DNA of 64,000 nucleotides, from positions 12,007 through 76,006 of the forward strand of contig PLLJ01000039.1 of NCBI GenBank assembly GCA_003140935.1, read 5' to 3'. Position 1 is the first letter of the stretch. Every line of letters begins with the position of its first letter. Made by a program: the position numbers and the translations under genes. The notes beneath the pieces were generated by a model. The model did no database searches. It had not been told where the DNA came from and was given only the letters and a program-made list of their open reading frames with translations. Source of the stretch: Candidatus Omnitrophota bacterium (GTDB lineage: Bacteria > Omnitrophota > Omnitrophia > Omnitrophales > Aquincolibacteriaceae). This document shows positions 28,934 to 39,243 of the stretch, piece by piece.

Positions 28934-30108
28934 TTCTTCAGCACCTTTGCAAATGCCACCGTTAATCTTGCGATATCCTGCCGGGTATGTGCGGCAGAAA
29001 CGGTGATCCTCAACCGGGCTTTCCCTTTAGGAACGGTTGGATAACGCACGGCGGGAATGAAAACTCCCTGTGCGAGAAGTTTTTCGAAGACCTCTACCGC
29101 TTCTCCTTCGTCTCCCACCATGACCGGAAGAATCGCGGATTCCGGCTTTCCGATCGAAAGGCCAAGCTGCGTGAGCTCCTGATGAACTTGACGGATATTG
29201 TCCCAAAGTCTTTTTCTTAACGAAGGTTCTTCTTCGACCACGCAGAGCGCCTCGCGCGCGGCCTCGCAGAGAACGGGCGGGAGCGCGGTTGCAAAGATGA
29301 ACGGCCTCGCGAAATTCACCAGAATGTCCGTCATGATCTTGTCTGCGGCGACAAATCCCCCGAGGCCACCGAGGGCCTTTGAAAGTGTCCCCATAATGAT
29401 ATCGATCTTTTTTGAAAGATCCCCTTCTTCGGTCGCGCCTCGGCCATGCGCCCCTAACACGCCCGTGCCGTGCGCGTCATCCACGACAAGCAGTGCGCCG
29501 TATTTTTTTTTCAAACAGACAAGTTCTTTAAGGCCCGCAAGGTCGCCGTCCATGCTGAAAACCGTTTCGGTCACGAGGATCCGCCGTCTCGCGCCCTGTG
29601 AGCCGCGGAGAAGTTCTTCGCACTTCTTGTAATTTTTATGCGGGAAGACACGAAGCTCGGCTTTTGAAAGCCTGGCGCCGTCGACGAGCGAGGCGTGGCA
29701 AAGTTTGTCCATAATGATCACGTCTTGTTCGCCGGCAAAGGCGGTCAAGATGCCGAGGTTCGCGAGAAAACCGGACGCAAAGACCAGCGCGCTTTCCTTT
29801 CCTTTGATTTGCGCCAGTTTTTTTTCAAGAGCAGCATGCGCTTTCGAGGTCCCCGAGATAAGTCGCGCCGCACCTGCACCAACGCCGTAAGTTTTGAGCG
29901 CTTTTTGGGCGGCCCGGATCACGCGAGGATGCCGGCTAAGCCCCAGGTAGTCGTTGCTACAAAAGAGAAGGAACTCCCGTCCTTCGAATGTCGCGTGCGT
30001 GCCTTGAGGGTCTTCCAGAATGCGGAGACGACGGTAAAGGTTTTTTTCTTTTAAGGATTTAAGCTCTTGTGAAAACCAGTTTTTCATTTCACCTCGACAG
30101 GCAGTCAC
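28930..30108 (-). CDS. bioF: 8-amino-7-oxononanoate synthase
   Basis: Alpha-oxoamine synthase motifs (PLP-Lys in GTLSKALG) and bio operon context. Confidence 0.85.
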   Translation of the reverse strand: MTACRGEMKNWFSQELKSLKEKNLYRRLRILEDPQGTHATFEGREFLLFCSNDYLGLSRHPRVIRAAQKALKTYGVGAGAARLISGTSKAHAALEKKLAQIKGKESALVFASGFLANLGILTAFAGEQDVIIMDKLCHASLVDGARLSKAELRVFPHKNYKKCEELLRGSQGARRRILVTETVFSMDGDLAGLKELVCLKKKYGALLVVDDAHGTGVLGAHGRGATEEGDLSKKIDIIMGTLSKALGGLGGFVAADKIMTDILVNFARPFIFATALPPVLCEAAREALCVVEEEPSLRKRLWDNIRQVHQELTQLGLSIGKPESAILPVMVGDEGEAVEVFEKLLAQGVFIPAVRYPTVPKGKARLRITVSAAHTRQDIARLTVAFAKVLKK

Positions 30109-30135
30109 CCGCCGTTTAAAACCCGTTTTTGAGGA

Positions 30136-31341
30136 TCAGACTTTTCTAAAAAGAGCGACGGCAACCTGGCCGCCAAAACCCATAGAGACTTTGACTGCGT
30201 TCGTGATCGTATGGCGGCGCATGTCCCCAGGCGTATAGTCAAGATCGCATGCCGGGTCTTTTTCTTCCAATCCTACCGTCGGCGGAATAAAACCCTCTTG
30301 GATCCCCAGAAGCGTCGCGATGATCTCAATGGCGCCTGTCGCGCCGAGCATATGCCCTGTCGACCCTTTGGTCGAACTCATGGGGATCCCGTAAGCCTGC
30401 TCTCCAAACGCTTCTTTGAGTTCTGCCGTTTCATAAAAATCCCCGTGCTTTGTGCCTGTACCGTGCAAGCTCACATAGTCGATCTCCCGCGGCGTGATCC
30501 CGGCCCTCTTGGTAAGAACCCCTAACGTGTGGGATAGTGCGTGCTCCGTAAGATCAAACTGGATCGGCTGTTTGCTATCCTGGCCGTAGGCGGCCTCGAT
30601 GATCTCACCATAAATTTTTACACCGCGCGCCCGCGCGCTTTCAAGCGTCTCAAGGAACACCACCCCCGCGCCTTCCCCCACCAGAAATCCGTCGCGTCTT
30701 TTGTCGAACGGGCGGATATCTTTTGCCGCAAGCGCCTTCATATTGTTGTAGCCTCCCAGCATAAGAGGCGTGATGGAGGCGTCCGTGGCGCCGGCGAGGC
30801 AATATTCCGCTTGTCCTTCGGAAACCATACGAAACCCCTGGATGATGGCCACGGTTCCGGTCGCACACGCAGCTACGTAGCATTTGGCGGGTCCTTGGAT
30901 CTTCATGCGCCGGGCGATCCACTGATCAGCAAAATTCGGAATTGCGCTGGTGTACATTCTCGCTCCCAAAATCGCGCTGGGGTTCCTCAAGAACCGCTCC
31001 TTGAACCGCCCGAGGCTGTGGACGCCTCCTTTGCTGGAGCTGACGGAAAGCGCGATATCGTAGGGATCTATGGCTGTGACGTCGAATCGAGCGTCTGTGA
31101 CAGCCTGTTCTGCGGCTGCGACAGCGTATTGAATGAAGGGATCCAGAAGATGCGTCCCGTAAGGGCGCGGGTTAAAGCCTTTGAGAGGAAAGACCGGAGG
31201 AAATTTATGCCCTTCAACAATGGAATGGTCCGCATTCTCTTTCCCGGAAATGCCTTTTTTAAGGTTTTCACGGAACTCCGCAAGCGTGTTTCCTATCGGG
31301 GAAAGAACCCCCATACCTGTGACCACCACGCGCCGCTTCAT
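30136..31341 (-). CDS. Beta-ketoacyl-ACP synthase I/II family (FabF/FabB paralog embedded in the bio operon)
   Basis: Active-site Cys in AACATG, catalytic His pair (HGTGTKHGD; STGHMLGATGA), N-terminal RVVVTGMG. Confidence 0.8.
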   Translation of the reverse strand: MKRRVVVTGMGVLSPIGNTLAEFRENLKKGISGKENADHSIVEGHKFPPVFPLKGFNPRPYGTHLLDPFIQYAVAAAEQAVTDARFDVTAIDPYDIALSVSSSKGGVHSLGRFKERFLRNPSAILGARMYTSAIPNFADQWIARRMKIQGPAKCYVAACATGTVAIIQGFRMVSEGQAEYCLAGATDASITPLMLGGYNNMKALAAKDIRPFDKRRDGFLVGEGAGVVFLETLESARARGVKIYGEIIEAAYGQDSKQPIQFDLTEHALSHTLGVLTKRAGITPREIDYVSLHGTGTKHGDFYETAELKEAFGEQAYGIPMSSTKGSTGHMLGATGAIEIIATLLGIQEGFIPPTVGLEEKDPACDLDYTPGDMRRHTITNAVKVSMGFGGQVAVALFRKV

Positions 31342-31385
31342 ATTCTTATCGCTCCCTTCGAGTGCCAATGAGGGGAAATTCTATC

Positions 31386-32114
31386 TTAGAAAGGACGGGA
31401 TTCAAAATGAAACACCTGCCCCGTCACCTGGCGCATTTGATCTGAGGAGAGAAAAAGGAGAAAATCCGCAACCTCGTCAGGATCCGAGAAGGTTTTGAGC
31501 GGGCTTTCTTCGAGATTTCTTCGAAGGATTTCCTCGGGAACGTTCGCCGTCATGGAAGACCGCATAAAGCCTGGGTTGACGGCATTTACGAGGATCTTTT
31601 TCCGGCCAAGTTCTTTGGCAAGCGTTTTGGTCATCGCGATCAGTCCGCCCTTCGAAGCGGCGTAATTCGCGGCGCCGGCAAGCCCGCTCAGGCCTGCGCG
31701 GCTGACGAGAGTAAAGATCTTGCTCGGCGTCTTTCTTAAAAGAAGTGGCAGAAGTTTTTGAGTAAGATAAAAAGGGGCTTTGAGGTTCACCCGCATGACA
31801 TTGTCCCACTCGCTTTCAAGCATTTTTTCGATGAAGGAGTCCGCGGTCAAGGCGGCGTTATGAATGAGGATGTCCAAAAACTCTACTTTTTCCTTGAACA
31901 TCACGGCAAAAGCGTCTATAGCCTTAACGTCGGCCAGGTCGAAAGAAAATCCCTGCGCGCCGGCTCGCTCAAGCTCCTGAGCGGTCTTGGCGGCTTTGAG
32001 ATAAGTGAAGAAGACGCGAGCGCCCTGCCGAACGGCTTTGCGGACGAACGCCCGTCCGAGCTGGCTGGTACCACCTGTGATAAGAATGGTTTTGTCTTTA
32101 AGAGAGAGTTCCAA
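31386..32114 (-). CDS. Short-chain dehydrogenase/reductase, 3-oxoacyl-ACP reductase (FabG)-like; TTG/GTG start inferred
   Basis: ILITGGTSQLG Rossmann motif, NAAL, catalytic YxxxK (YAASK). The ATG-initiated ORF would overlap bioB by ~300 nt and is rejected; a TTG at 32114 or GTG at 32120 lies just downstream of the bioB stop. Confidence 0.65.
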   Translation of the reverse strand: MELSLKDKTILITGGTSQLGRAFVRKAVRQGARVFFTYLKAAKTAQELERAGAQGFSFDLADVKAIDAFAVMFKEKVEFLDILIHNAALTADSFIEKMLESEWDNVMRVNLKAPFYLTQKLLPLLLRKTPSKIFTLVSRAGLSGLAGAANYAASKGGLIAMTKTLAKELGRKKILVNAVNPGFMRSSMTANVPEEILRRNLEESPLKTFSDPDEVADFLLFLSSDQMRQVTGQVFHFESRPF

Positions 32115-32127
32115 GATCACCGTCCTG

Positions 32128-33156
32128 CTAACAGCTTTTTCCGCAATCGGTCGGGCAACAATCGTGTTTGTTGACGTCTTCCATAGAAAAACCAGAGCGC
32201 CGGAGCATGTCGAGGTCTTCCTGAAGGGGATTGCCGGCGGTGGTAAGGTAGCCACCGACCACAAATCCATTTGCCCCGCCGCAAAGGACCTTTTCTTGAA
32301 AATAAACGCCGAGATTTCTCTCGCGTCCGCCGGCGAGTTTGATATTGGCCTTAGGATGAATAAATCGGTAAATGGCGATAGTCCTGACGATTTCTTTAGG
32401 AGCGATGGCTGCTCGCCCCGCAAGCGGCGTTCCGGGCCTTGGGTTCAGGATATTGACCGGAAGACAATGAGGGTCGAAAGGTTTGAGTTCGAATGCGAGG
32501 CTGATCCGGTCTTCCTCCGTCTCCCCCATCCCCAAAATGCCGCCTGAGCACACTTCAACGCCGTTCTCCGCCAGGAATTTTAATGTTTTCCTTCGCTCGT
32601 CATAGGTGTGTGTGGAAACAATCTCGGGATAAAACTCGCGAGAACATTGAAGGTTGTGATTGAAGCGCCGCATCCCTGCCGCACGAAGCTTTCTGATCTG
32701 TTCGACCGTCAGATTCCCAAGCGACCCGTCTAGTCTGAGATGGGTTTTCTCGCTTAACAAGCGGAACGTTGCGAGTACTCGTTCGAATTCTGTGTCATTT
32801 AAGGTTTCGCCGCTCGTAACTACGCAAAAACTTTGTACGCCGTTCGCTTCGCTTTTTTTTGCTTCCTTCAGAACCTCTTCCGGAGCCATGAGGGGATAAC
32901 GTTTCACGCCCGTTTCATAGTGGGAGGATTGGGAACAAAAACCGCAGTCCTCGGAACAAAGATAGCTTTTGGCGTTCACGAGTGAGCAAAGATCGGGTTG
33001 GGGAGGCCGGAACTTGGTTGTGATCTCGTGGGCGGCGTCTAAAAGAAGGTCGAGAGTTGTAGGGTCTTCGATTGAACTGAGGCGAAGGGCTTCGTCCCGG
33101 GTGATGTCCCCTCCCGTGAGGACCCGACGCTTAAGTTCCTGTATAAGGGCTTTCAT
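32128..33156 (-). CDS. bioB: Biotin synthase (radical SAM)
   Basis: CSEDCGFCSQ (CxxxCxxC). BioB-like length with a Cys-rich C-terminal tail. Confidence 0.9.
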   Translation of the reverse strand: MKALIQELKRRVLTGGDITRDEALRLSSIEDPTTLDLLLDAAHEITTKFRPPQPDLCSLVNAKSYLCSEDCGFCSQSSHYETGVKRYPLMAPEEVLKEAKKSEANGVQSFCVVTSGETLNDTEFERVLATFRLLSEKTHLRLDGSLGNLTVEQIRKLRAAGMRRFNHNLQCSREFYPEIVSTHTYDERRKTLKFLAENGVEVCSGGILGMGETEEDRISLAFELKPFDPHCLPVNILNPRPGTPLAGRAAIAPKEIVRTIAIYRFIHPKANIKLAGGRERNLGVYFQEKVLCGGANGFVVGGYLTTAGNPLQEDLDMLRRSGFSMEDVNKHDCCPTDCGKSC

Positions 33157-33180
33157 CCCGGGACCGAAAGCTGAAAGCGC

Positions 33181-34434
33181 TTAGGCCTGAGCAAAAACTT
33201 CGCGGGCCACAATGCCGACCACGCCCAATGCCACGGCGTTTTCGCCGAAAGCGGACGGGATGATCTTGACCTGTGTCGCGGCCTCTTCCACGGACCATTC
33301 TTTGACCGTGTCCTTGATGGCATCGAGAAGCGGCGCCCCGCAATCCTCCACCCCGCCGCCGATCACCACCACTTCGGGGTTGAGAAGGTTCACGATGAAC
33401 GCTATTTTCTTGCCGAGATCTTGCCCGGCTTGTTCCGCCACTTTGATCGACAAAGCGTCTTTTTCCCGTATGGCCTTGACGATCTCTTTGAAGGTTAATT
33501 TTGAAAGGTCGCCTTTGACCAGGTCTTTCAGGACTGAAGGCTCACCTTTTTCGATCCGCTCGCGCGCGTGACGAACCATGCCGATATCCATTTCCCACCG
33601 ACCAAGCTGGGTCGCGATCTTGAAAGAATAGTCCTTGCTTGCGTGTGCGCTCGTGATCCCGAGCTCTCCCGCGGCGCCGTTCGCTCCGCGATAGATCTCC
33701 TCGTTGACCAAGATGCCGCAACCCACGCCCGAGAACATGTAGACCATGTTCCGCACATCGCGGTCCAGTCCCAACCATTTTTCTCCGAGCACCGCCGCGT
33801 TCGCATCATTCTCCACGATCGTGGGGATGTTGAGCCTCTTCTCAAAAGTATCTTTGATCGAAGAGCAGACTGAAATGTCTTTGTCTCCCAGGCTTTGGGG
33901 CCAGCGGATCGTCCGCCCGCGTTCGTCAATGATCCCAGGAATGCCGACCCCGACCCCAACGATCTTGGTTTTGTCGACCTCCGTCTTTTCGATGATCTCC
34001 GCCGCGAGGTCCACCATCTGAAGGATGATCTTCTCGGAATTTTCCGGAGCTCTTTCACGCTTGATCTCGCTGATCACATTGATCTCGAGGTCTACGAGCA
34101 CCGCCACGAGGCTCATCATGTTAAGTCCAACACCTACGATGTAGCCGGATTTTGGATTGAGCTCCACGAGCACGGGCTTACGTCCGCCCGTGGACTCATC
34201 CAGCTCACCTTCTACGACAAGGCCTTTTTTGATGTAATGACCGACGTAGTTAGAAACCGTTACAATGTTCAGCTCGGTAAGCTTAGAAATATCGGTCCTG
34301 GAAATCGGCCCGTTCTTGCGAATGACTTCGAGAATGCTTAGATTCTTTCTTTCCTTGTCGGTGAGAGTTCGGTCTTTGAGCATCTGTTTGATAACCATGG
34401 GGTAGGAGCTCCTTTCAAAAATGCTTTTTGTCAC
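33181..34434 (-). CDS. ROK-family transcriptional regulator (N-terminal wHTH plus sugar-kinase-like domain)
   Basis: HTH region ISRTDISKLTELNIVTVSNYV. ROK glycine-rich motifs (GVGVGIPGIID) and conserved Cys/His. Confidence 0.8.
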   Translation of the reverse strand: MTKSIFERSSYPMVIKQMLKDRTLTDKERKNLSILEVIRKNGPISRTDISKLTELNIVTVSNYVGHYIKKGLVVEGELDESTGGRKPVLVELNPKSGYIVGVGLNMMSLVAVLVDLEINVISEIKRERAPENSEKIILQMVDLAAEIIEKTEVDKTKIVGVGVGIPGIIDERGRTIRWPQSLGDKDISVCSSIKDTFEKRLNIPTIVENDANAAVLGEKWLGLDRDVRNMVYMFSGVGCGILVNEEIYRGANGAAGELGITSAHASKDYSFKIATQLGRWEMDIGMVRHARERIEKGEPSVLKDLVKGDLSKLTFKEIVKAIREKDALSIKVAEQAGQDLGKKIAFIVNLLNPEVVVIGGGVEDCGAPLLDAIKDTVKEWSVEEAATQVKIIPSAFGENAVALGVVGIVAREVFAQA

Positions 34435-34594
34435 AACCTGTTCTTTGACCGCTATATAAGTGCCTCATGCGCCGCTCATTTTAACTCTACGATATGCTTT
34501 TTCAAAGTGTTAATTTGGCATCTTGTCTTTAAATCCACGGTGTTTTTCCACGGACAGTGTTTAACTCTTTGCCGGGGAAGACGTTGGGGAAACA

Positions 34595-36736
34595 TCACTT
34601 GGAGAAGAAATCTTCCTGCCCCAACAACTCTTTAGCTTTTTTACCCACGGGATCTTTGTGGAAATATTCCTGGATCACGCCCTTTTTCAGATAGTTTGCG
34701 ATCGGGATCAGGGTCATCCCCTGGTCCAAGGCCAAATATTGAGTGTTCACTCTCCGGTTCGGAAAAGTGATCGAATCATAAAAACCATATTCGCCGTAAA
34801 TGTCGAACGTCAGAAGTGTTCGAATGTTCTTGATCGCATCTTTGGGAAGAGCATCCAGCGCCAAAAAGCTCGCGTGAGGGGTAATAACACCCCGGTCCGG
34901 ATATCCTTTCGCTCCCAACGCCTTGATCCCGTATTCCCCGTACATCCATCGTCGCCCATCGGAGGTTGCGGCGGGCGAGATCCCCCAAACGGGATATTTT
35001 TTTTCTTTGAGTGCGTAGTCCCGGTGAAGTTCGCTCACGATCTTGTCGTTAAGTCCGAGCCCCTTGGGAGCAAATTTTTGTTCGTGAAGCACCAGGGTCG
35101 GCATCAGGAATTCAAAGAGCGATCCGCCCCAGCTTGGAACGAACTTCTTGCCATCACTTTTATAATAACCCTGGAAATAGCTGACCTTGCCATGTTCGAC
35201 CATTTTCCCTTGTGGTTTTTGAGTTTGCCATTCCCAGGCGTCCGGCGCCGTGCGGTAAAGATACCACCAGTGCTCGGAAGGGATGTCTCCTTTTCCGATC
35301 GCATAGAGGCTCATGGCGCGCGCCTCGGTCACAAGCATCCCGTAATGATACGGCGTTGGGCCTTGACGTTCCAAGTCGTAGCCAATGGCAAGATGATTGG
35401 TGTCGGGATCCAGGAATTCCTGAAAGTGAAACCGGTCCAAAATGGTCGTGGCCTCCTTCGCGAGCTCTCCCGGAAAAGCCTGACGGACCACCACCAGCGC
35501 GATGGCAAGCCATCCGTTATCGACGCTTGAAATGAATCTCCGGTTCACCCCCAGCCGGGTCGTTTCATAAAAGTTGAAAAAAAAGCCTTTCCACGTCTCC
35601 ATCTTTTCAAGTGTTTTTAAATTATTCTGAACGCGCCGAGTTGCTTGGTCCGGAGTAATGATCTCGAGTTCTCTTGCGGCAACGGTCCCCATAAGATCCA
35701 TGGCGATATTCGTGGGTGAGGTGTAGGCGGCCGCGAGGGGAAAATCCCCGGTCTTAAAATGGTCCGAGACAAGACGGTTTCTTTTGTCGGTAGCGTTTTC
35801 GAAATATTGCCACGTGTCCCGGGCGATCTTGAGGAGTAATTCCTTGTCGTTCTTCGTGGCCAAAAGTTCTTCGCGCCGGTGCTCGTTTAAAACAGAGCGG
35901 GGGAACCCGACAAAGTTGTCCTCCACGCTTTCAAATCCAACCTCCGGGTGTCCCACGAAAGCAATTTCATCCAGGCCGATCTTTCCGGCCAAATTCCGGT
36001 CCCGGGCAAACGCGCTAAAAGAAAGGGACTGGAGTTGATCAAAATCGATCCCCATAAAAACATTCGTCGGCAAAACGACTTCATTCCATCCTTCTCCTTC
36101 AAGACAGGCGTCTGTGATGTCCCGTTCTACGGTCCTGCCCGCCCAGTCCGTTAGAGCGATGCGTAAGCGTCCCTTGAACGGCGACGAGGGATCTGTTCTG
36201 CACATAAGTGCGAGATAATGGGCCCTGCTCATGTCCAGTTTTTCGAGAGAGGTTTTGAAGATTGTTTTTTCTTTTTTCTTGAGGTTGATCCTCGCCCATA
36301 ACGAACTCCCCGCCTTGGCTCCGCGGGCGTCTTCTTTCTTCAGCTCCAAACGGACCTTTTTTTCCTCTCCTTTGTCCACCGTCCATGTTCCCCCCAGGCT
36401 ATTCTTGAGCTCCCCTGCATTAAAATCGTCTACGACCTTGAACTGCGTCGAGGCTCTCAGGGGCTTGCCAGCGGGAACGATTTTGTAGACATTTCCGATA
36501 TCAAGCGGCGTTTCTCCGCCTGCGGGGCCGATCTGTTGGACAAAGGTTTGCGCGGACTTTTCTTTTGCGGGCTCACTTTGTTGGGTGGGAATCTTTCCCG
36601 TTTTTTGTTTTTGCGGCTTCTTGGCGGCAAGGCCCGACGGAAGGAACGCCCCGAAAAAACATATTGCGATAAAAAATAAAAGGGCGCCTCCCGGAAGACG
36701 CTTGGAACCCGGGGAATATTTCTTTTGAGGAATCAT
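34595..36736 (-). CDS. Secreted glycoside hydrolase-like protein (Lys-rich linker, beta-sandwich region, C-terminal (alpha/alpha)6-type catalytic domain; possibly GH144/DUF3131-like beta-glucanase)
   Basis: Signal peptide. C-terminal ~430 aa rich in W/Y/aromatic residues (…VDNGWLAIALVV…). Adjacent to a GH94 phosphorylase. Family assignment is tentative. Confidence 0.4.
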   Translation of the reverse strand: MIPQKKYSPGSKRLPGGALLFFIAICFFGAFLPSGLAAKKPQKQKTGKIPTQQSEPAKEKSAQTFVQQIGPAGGETPLDIGNVYKIVPAGKPLRASTQFKVVDDFNAGELKNSLGGTWTVDKGEEKKVRLELKKEDARGAKAGSSLWARINLKKKEKTIFKTSLEKLDMSRAHYLALMCRTDPSSPFKGRLRIALTDWAGRTVERDITDACLEGEGWNEVVLPTNVFMGIDFDQLQSLSFSAFARDRNLAGKIGLDEIAFVGHPEVGFESVEDNFVGFPRSVLNEHRREELLATKNDKELLLKIARDTWQYFENATDKRNRLVSDHFKTGDFPLAAAYTSPTNIAMDLMGTVAARELEIITPDQATRRVQNNLKTLEKMETWKGFFFNFYETTRLGVNRRFISSVDNGWLAIALVVVRQAFPGELAKEATTILDRFHFQEFLDPDTNHLAIGYDLERQGPTPYHYGMLVTEARAMSLYAIGKGDIPSEHWWYLYRTAPDAWEWQTQKPQGKMVEHGKVSYFQGYYKSDGKKFVPSWGGSLFEFLMPTLVLHEQKFAPKGLGLNDKIVSELHRDYALKEKKYPVWGISPAATSDGRRWMYGEYGIKALGAKGYPDRGVITPHASFLALDALPKDAIKNIRTLLTFDIYGEYGFYDSITFPNRRVNTQYLALDQGMTLIPIANYLKKGVIQEYFHKDPVGKKAKELLGQEDFFSK

Positions 36737-36746
36737 GTTTTTCCGT

Positions 36747-39203
36747 TTATCCGAGCGTCACTTCAACCCGGTGGGTTTTTCCGTCGCGGAGGTCCGGGAT
36801 GAGATTTTCTTTCTGCTTTTTCCCGTCCACCAGAACGGATCGGACTCCCTGCCCTGTTTGATCGGGATTCTTAACCTCGATCAAGTAGGTGCTGCCGCGG
36901 AAAAGACGTTTCATTTTAAATCCGGGCCACTTCTTCGGGATCACGGGATCCACGATCAATCCCTTGGCGGCTGGGCGAATGCCCAAGATCCAATTCATGG
37001 CCACCACTTCATACCACGCCGCTGATCCTGTGTACCAGGTCCAACCGCCGCGTCCGTTGTTGGGCGAATCCGGTCCGTCCACGTTCCCGGGTGTCACATA
37101 CGGCTCGCTATAATAAATATCCGGTTCCAAACCTCTTATCGCGGGATTAAAGCTTCTGTAGACCTGATGAGCTCGTTCTCCGTCATGCATCATCGCTTCG
37201 GCTTGGACCGCCCAGGTGCCGGCGTGTGTGTAAAGCCCGCCATTCTCACGAACGGAGGGGGCATAACGCGTGATGTAGCCGATCGTTGCGTCGGTCACGT
37301 TGTAGCCCGGCGTGAGAAGAAGCGGCCCGTATTTTTTATAAAGCCACTTCGCGGCCGAATCCATCGCAATGCGCGCACGCTTTGCGTCCGCCACGCCCGT
37401 AATGACGGCCCAGGTTTGGCAATTAAGGAAGATCTTTCCCGTCTCACACTTTTTGCTGCCAAGCGGTCTTCCGTCGTCGCGCGTGGCGCCCAAATACCAT
37501 TCCCCGTCCCATCCCTGCTCGTTAATCGCTTTTTTCATCGCCTCCGCGCGCTGGAGATACTCCGCCGCCTTGGGCGCATCGCCCCTCTTTTCCATGACCG
37601 GCGCGATGCGGTTCAATATGCCGTAGAGAAAATGTCCGAGCCAGATCGACTCGCCTTTCCACTTGGTACCCACATGACTCAACCCATCGTTCCAATCGCA
37701 TTCACCGATCAGGGGAAGGCCTCGCGGCGAAAATCTTGCGAGGACTTTGTCGATCGCGCGAAGCATGTGATCGTAAAGCGTTCCCGAGGTGACTTCTTTG
37801 GTCTTCGGGTCCGGCAGGAATTTCACGACCGCGTTCAGGATCGCTTCATCGGCGGTTTCATCCAGATAGTTCAGCGTGATAAAGTCGAGCCATAGCAGAT
37901 CGTCCGAGCAGTGGGTAATAGCGCCGATGTTCGTTCCGTGATGCCACCAGTGATAAACTGTCCCGTCCGGGAATTGTTGTTCCGCGTGGAGAAGGATCTG
38001 TTTTTTAGCGAGTTCGGGCCGGGTCGCAAAAAAGATCTGGCAGTCCTGCAGCTGATCCCGGAACCCATAGCCGCCGCTTGACTGATAGTAGGCGCACTTG
38101 GCCCAAATGCGCGCGGAGATCGCTTGATATTTCATCCAGGTGTTCGTCATGAAGTTGAGGGCCTCGTCCGGCGTTTCGACTTCGGAGGCGTGGATAAAGG
38201 AGTCCCAAAGAGCTTTCACTTTATTGAGTTCCTGTTCTGCGACCCGGGGATGGGAATATTTCTGGATGATCCGTTCGGCCTCTTCCCGGGTCCGCGTGGA
38301 ACCTAGCGTGAAGATCACGGTCTTGGATTCCTTCGGCCCGAGTTCAACATCCACTTGCAGGCTTGCCGCCGCATCGCCCCACTTCCCTTCGGACCCGCGG
38401 CACTTTCCTTCCACTACGGCCGCCGGCGCATGGATCTCGCCATATCGCCCCAGAAAGGATTCCTTATCGCCGTCATACGCCACGGGCTTGGGGTTCGCTG
38501 CGTGAAATCCTTGGAGCGGCTTTTCGGTCATGCCGGTTGAGATGAATCCCGGTACAAGGGGTGCTCGCTTGATACCGTGAATGCATCCGTTTTTTTTATC
38601 GATCCAGGTTTCGATGAATGTTTTATGGAATTCGCGGTGCGTGTCCGACCAATTCCCCAAGCACCAGTCGAAGTAGGTAAAAAGGCTGAGCCGTCTTTTT
38701 TTTCCGGATTGATTCGTCAAAACGACCTTCCAGACCTCGACCGGATCTTCCACGTCGACAAAGATCGTCTTTTCGAGCCGGATCCCGTGAAGCTTGCTGG
38801 TCAGGATCGAGTAACCTTGTCCGTGGCGTACTTCGAAAAAATCGTATTTCGGCATGCACGGTTTCCAGGTGCCGGACCAGTAGTCCCCATTATCCCGATC
38901 GCGCACGTAAATATATTTCCCCCAGTTGTCGCGGATCAGGTCCTGGTCCCATCGTGTGACGCGCGACAAGTTTGAGTTGTCGCGCCACGAAAATCCCGAT
39001 CCGGTTTGTGTTTCGATGGTTCCGTAATCCCCGTTGGAGATCACGTTCACCCACGGGCGTGGCGTATCGGGACGCGTGATGACAAACTCACGTCCATCAG
39101 CCGTAAAATAGCCGTATTTTGAAGCGAATTTTTTTTCAACGCCATCTTCTTTTAGAAGCATTTTGGCTTCCGCTTTTTTTCTTTCCTTGGATTTTCTGGG
39201 CAT
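36747..39203 (-). CDS. GH94 glycoside phosphorylase (cellobiose/cellodextrin/beta-glucan phosphorylase family)
   Basis: N-terminus YGYFTADGREFVITRPDTPRPWVNVISN is near-diagnostic of GH94 (cellobiose phosphorylase FGYFDD..EYVI..P.TP.PWINY). 818 aa, like cellobiose phosphorylases. Confidence 0.8.
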   Translation of the reverse strand: MPRKSKERKKAEAKMLLKEDGVEKKFASKYGYFTADGREFVITRPDTPRPWVNVISNGDYGTIETQTGSGFSWRDNSNLSRVTRWDQDLIRDNWGKYIYVRDRDNGDYWSGTWKPCMPKYDFFEVRHGQGYSILTSKLHGIRLEKTIFVDVEDPVEVWKVVLTNQSGKKRRLSLFTYFDWCLGNWSDTHREFHKTFIETWIDKKNGCIHGIKRAPLVPGFISTGMTEKPLQGFHAANPKPVAYDGDKESFLGRYGEIHAPAAVVEGKCRGSEGKWGDAAASLQVDVELGPKESKTVIFTLGSTRTREEAERIIQKYSHPRVAEQELNKVKALWDSFIHASEVETPDEALNFMTNTWMKYQAISARIWAKCAYYQSSGGYGFRDQLQDCQIFFATRPELAKKQILLHAEQQFPDGTVYHWWHHGTNIGAITHCSDDLLWLDFITLNYLDETADEAILNAVVKFLPDPKTKEVTSGTLYDHMLRAIDKVLARFSPRGLPLIGECDWNDGLSHVGTKWKGESIWLGHFLYGILNRIAPVMEKRGDAPKAAEYLQRAEAMKKAINEQGWDGEWYLGATRDDGRPLGSKKCETGKIFLNCQTWAVITGVADAKRARIAMDSAAKWLYKKYGPLLLTPGYNVTDATIGYITRYAPSVRENGGLYTHAGTWAVQAEAMMHDGERAHQVYRSFNPAIRGLEPDIYYSEPYVTPGNVDGPDSPNNGRGGWTWYTGSAAWYEVVAMNWILGIRPAAKGLIVDPVIPKKWPGFKMKRLFRGSTYLIEVKNPDQTGQGVRSVLVDGKKQKENLIPDLRDGKTHRVEVTLG

Positions 39204-39243
39204 GACAACAAAAACTCCTTGGCTTTTTATTTTAAAGTGTTTT

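Noticed and set aside
31386-32423. ATG-initiated 345-aa form of the SDR, with a 95-aa N-terminal extension.
   Set aside because: The extension overlaps the bioB coding sequence by ~300 nt in another frame and has no SDR homology. An in-frame TTG/GTG lies just downstream of the bioB stop.
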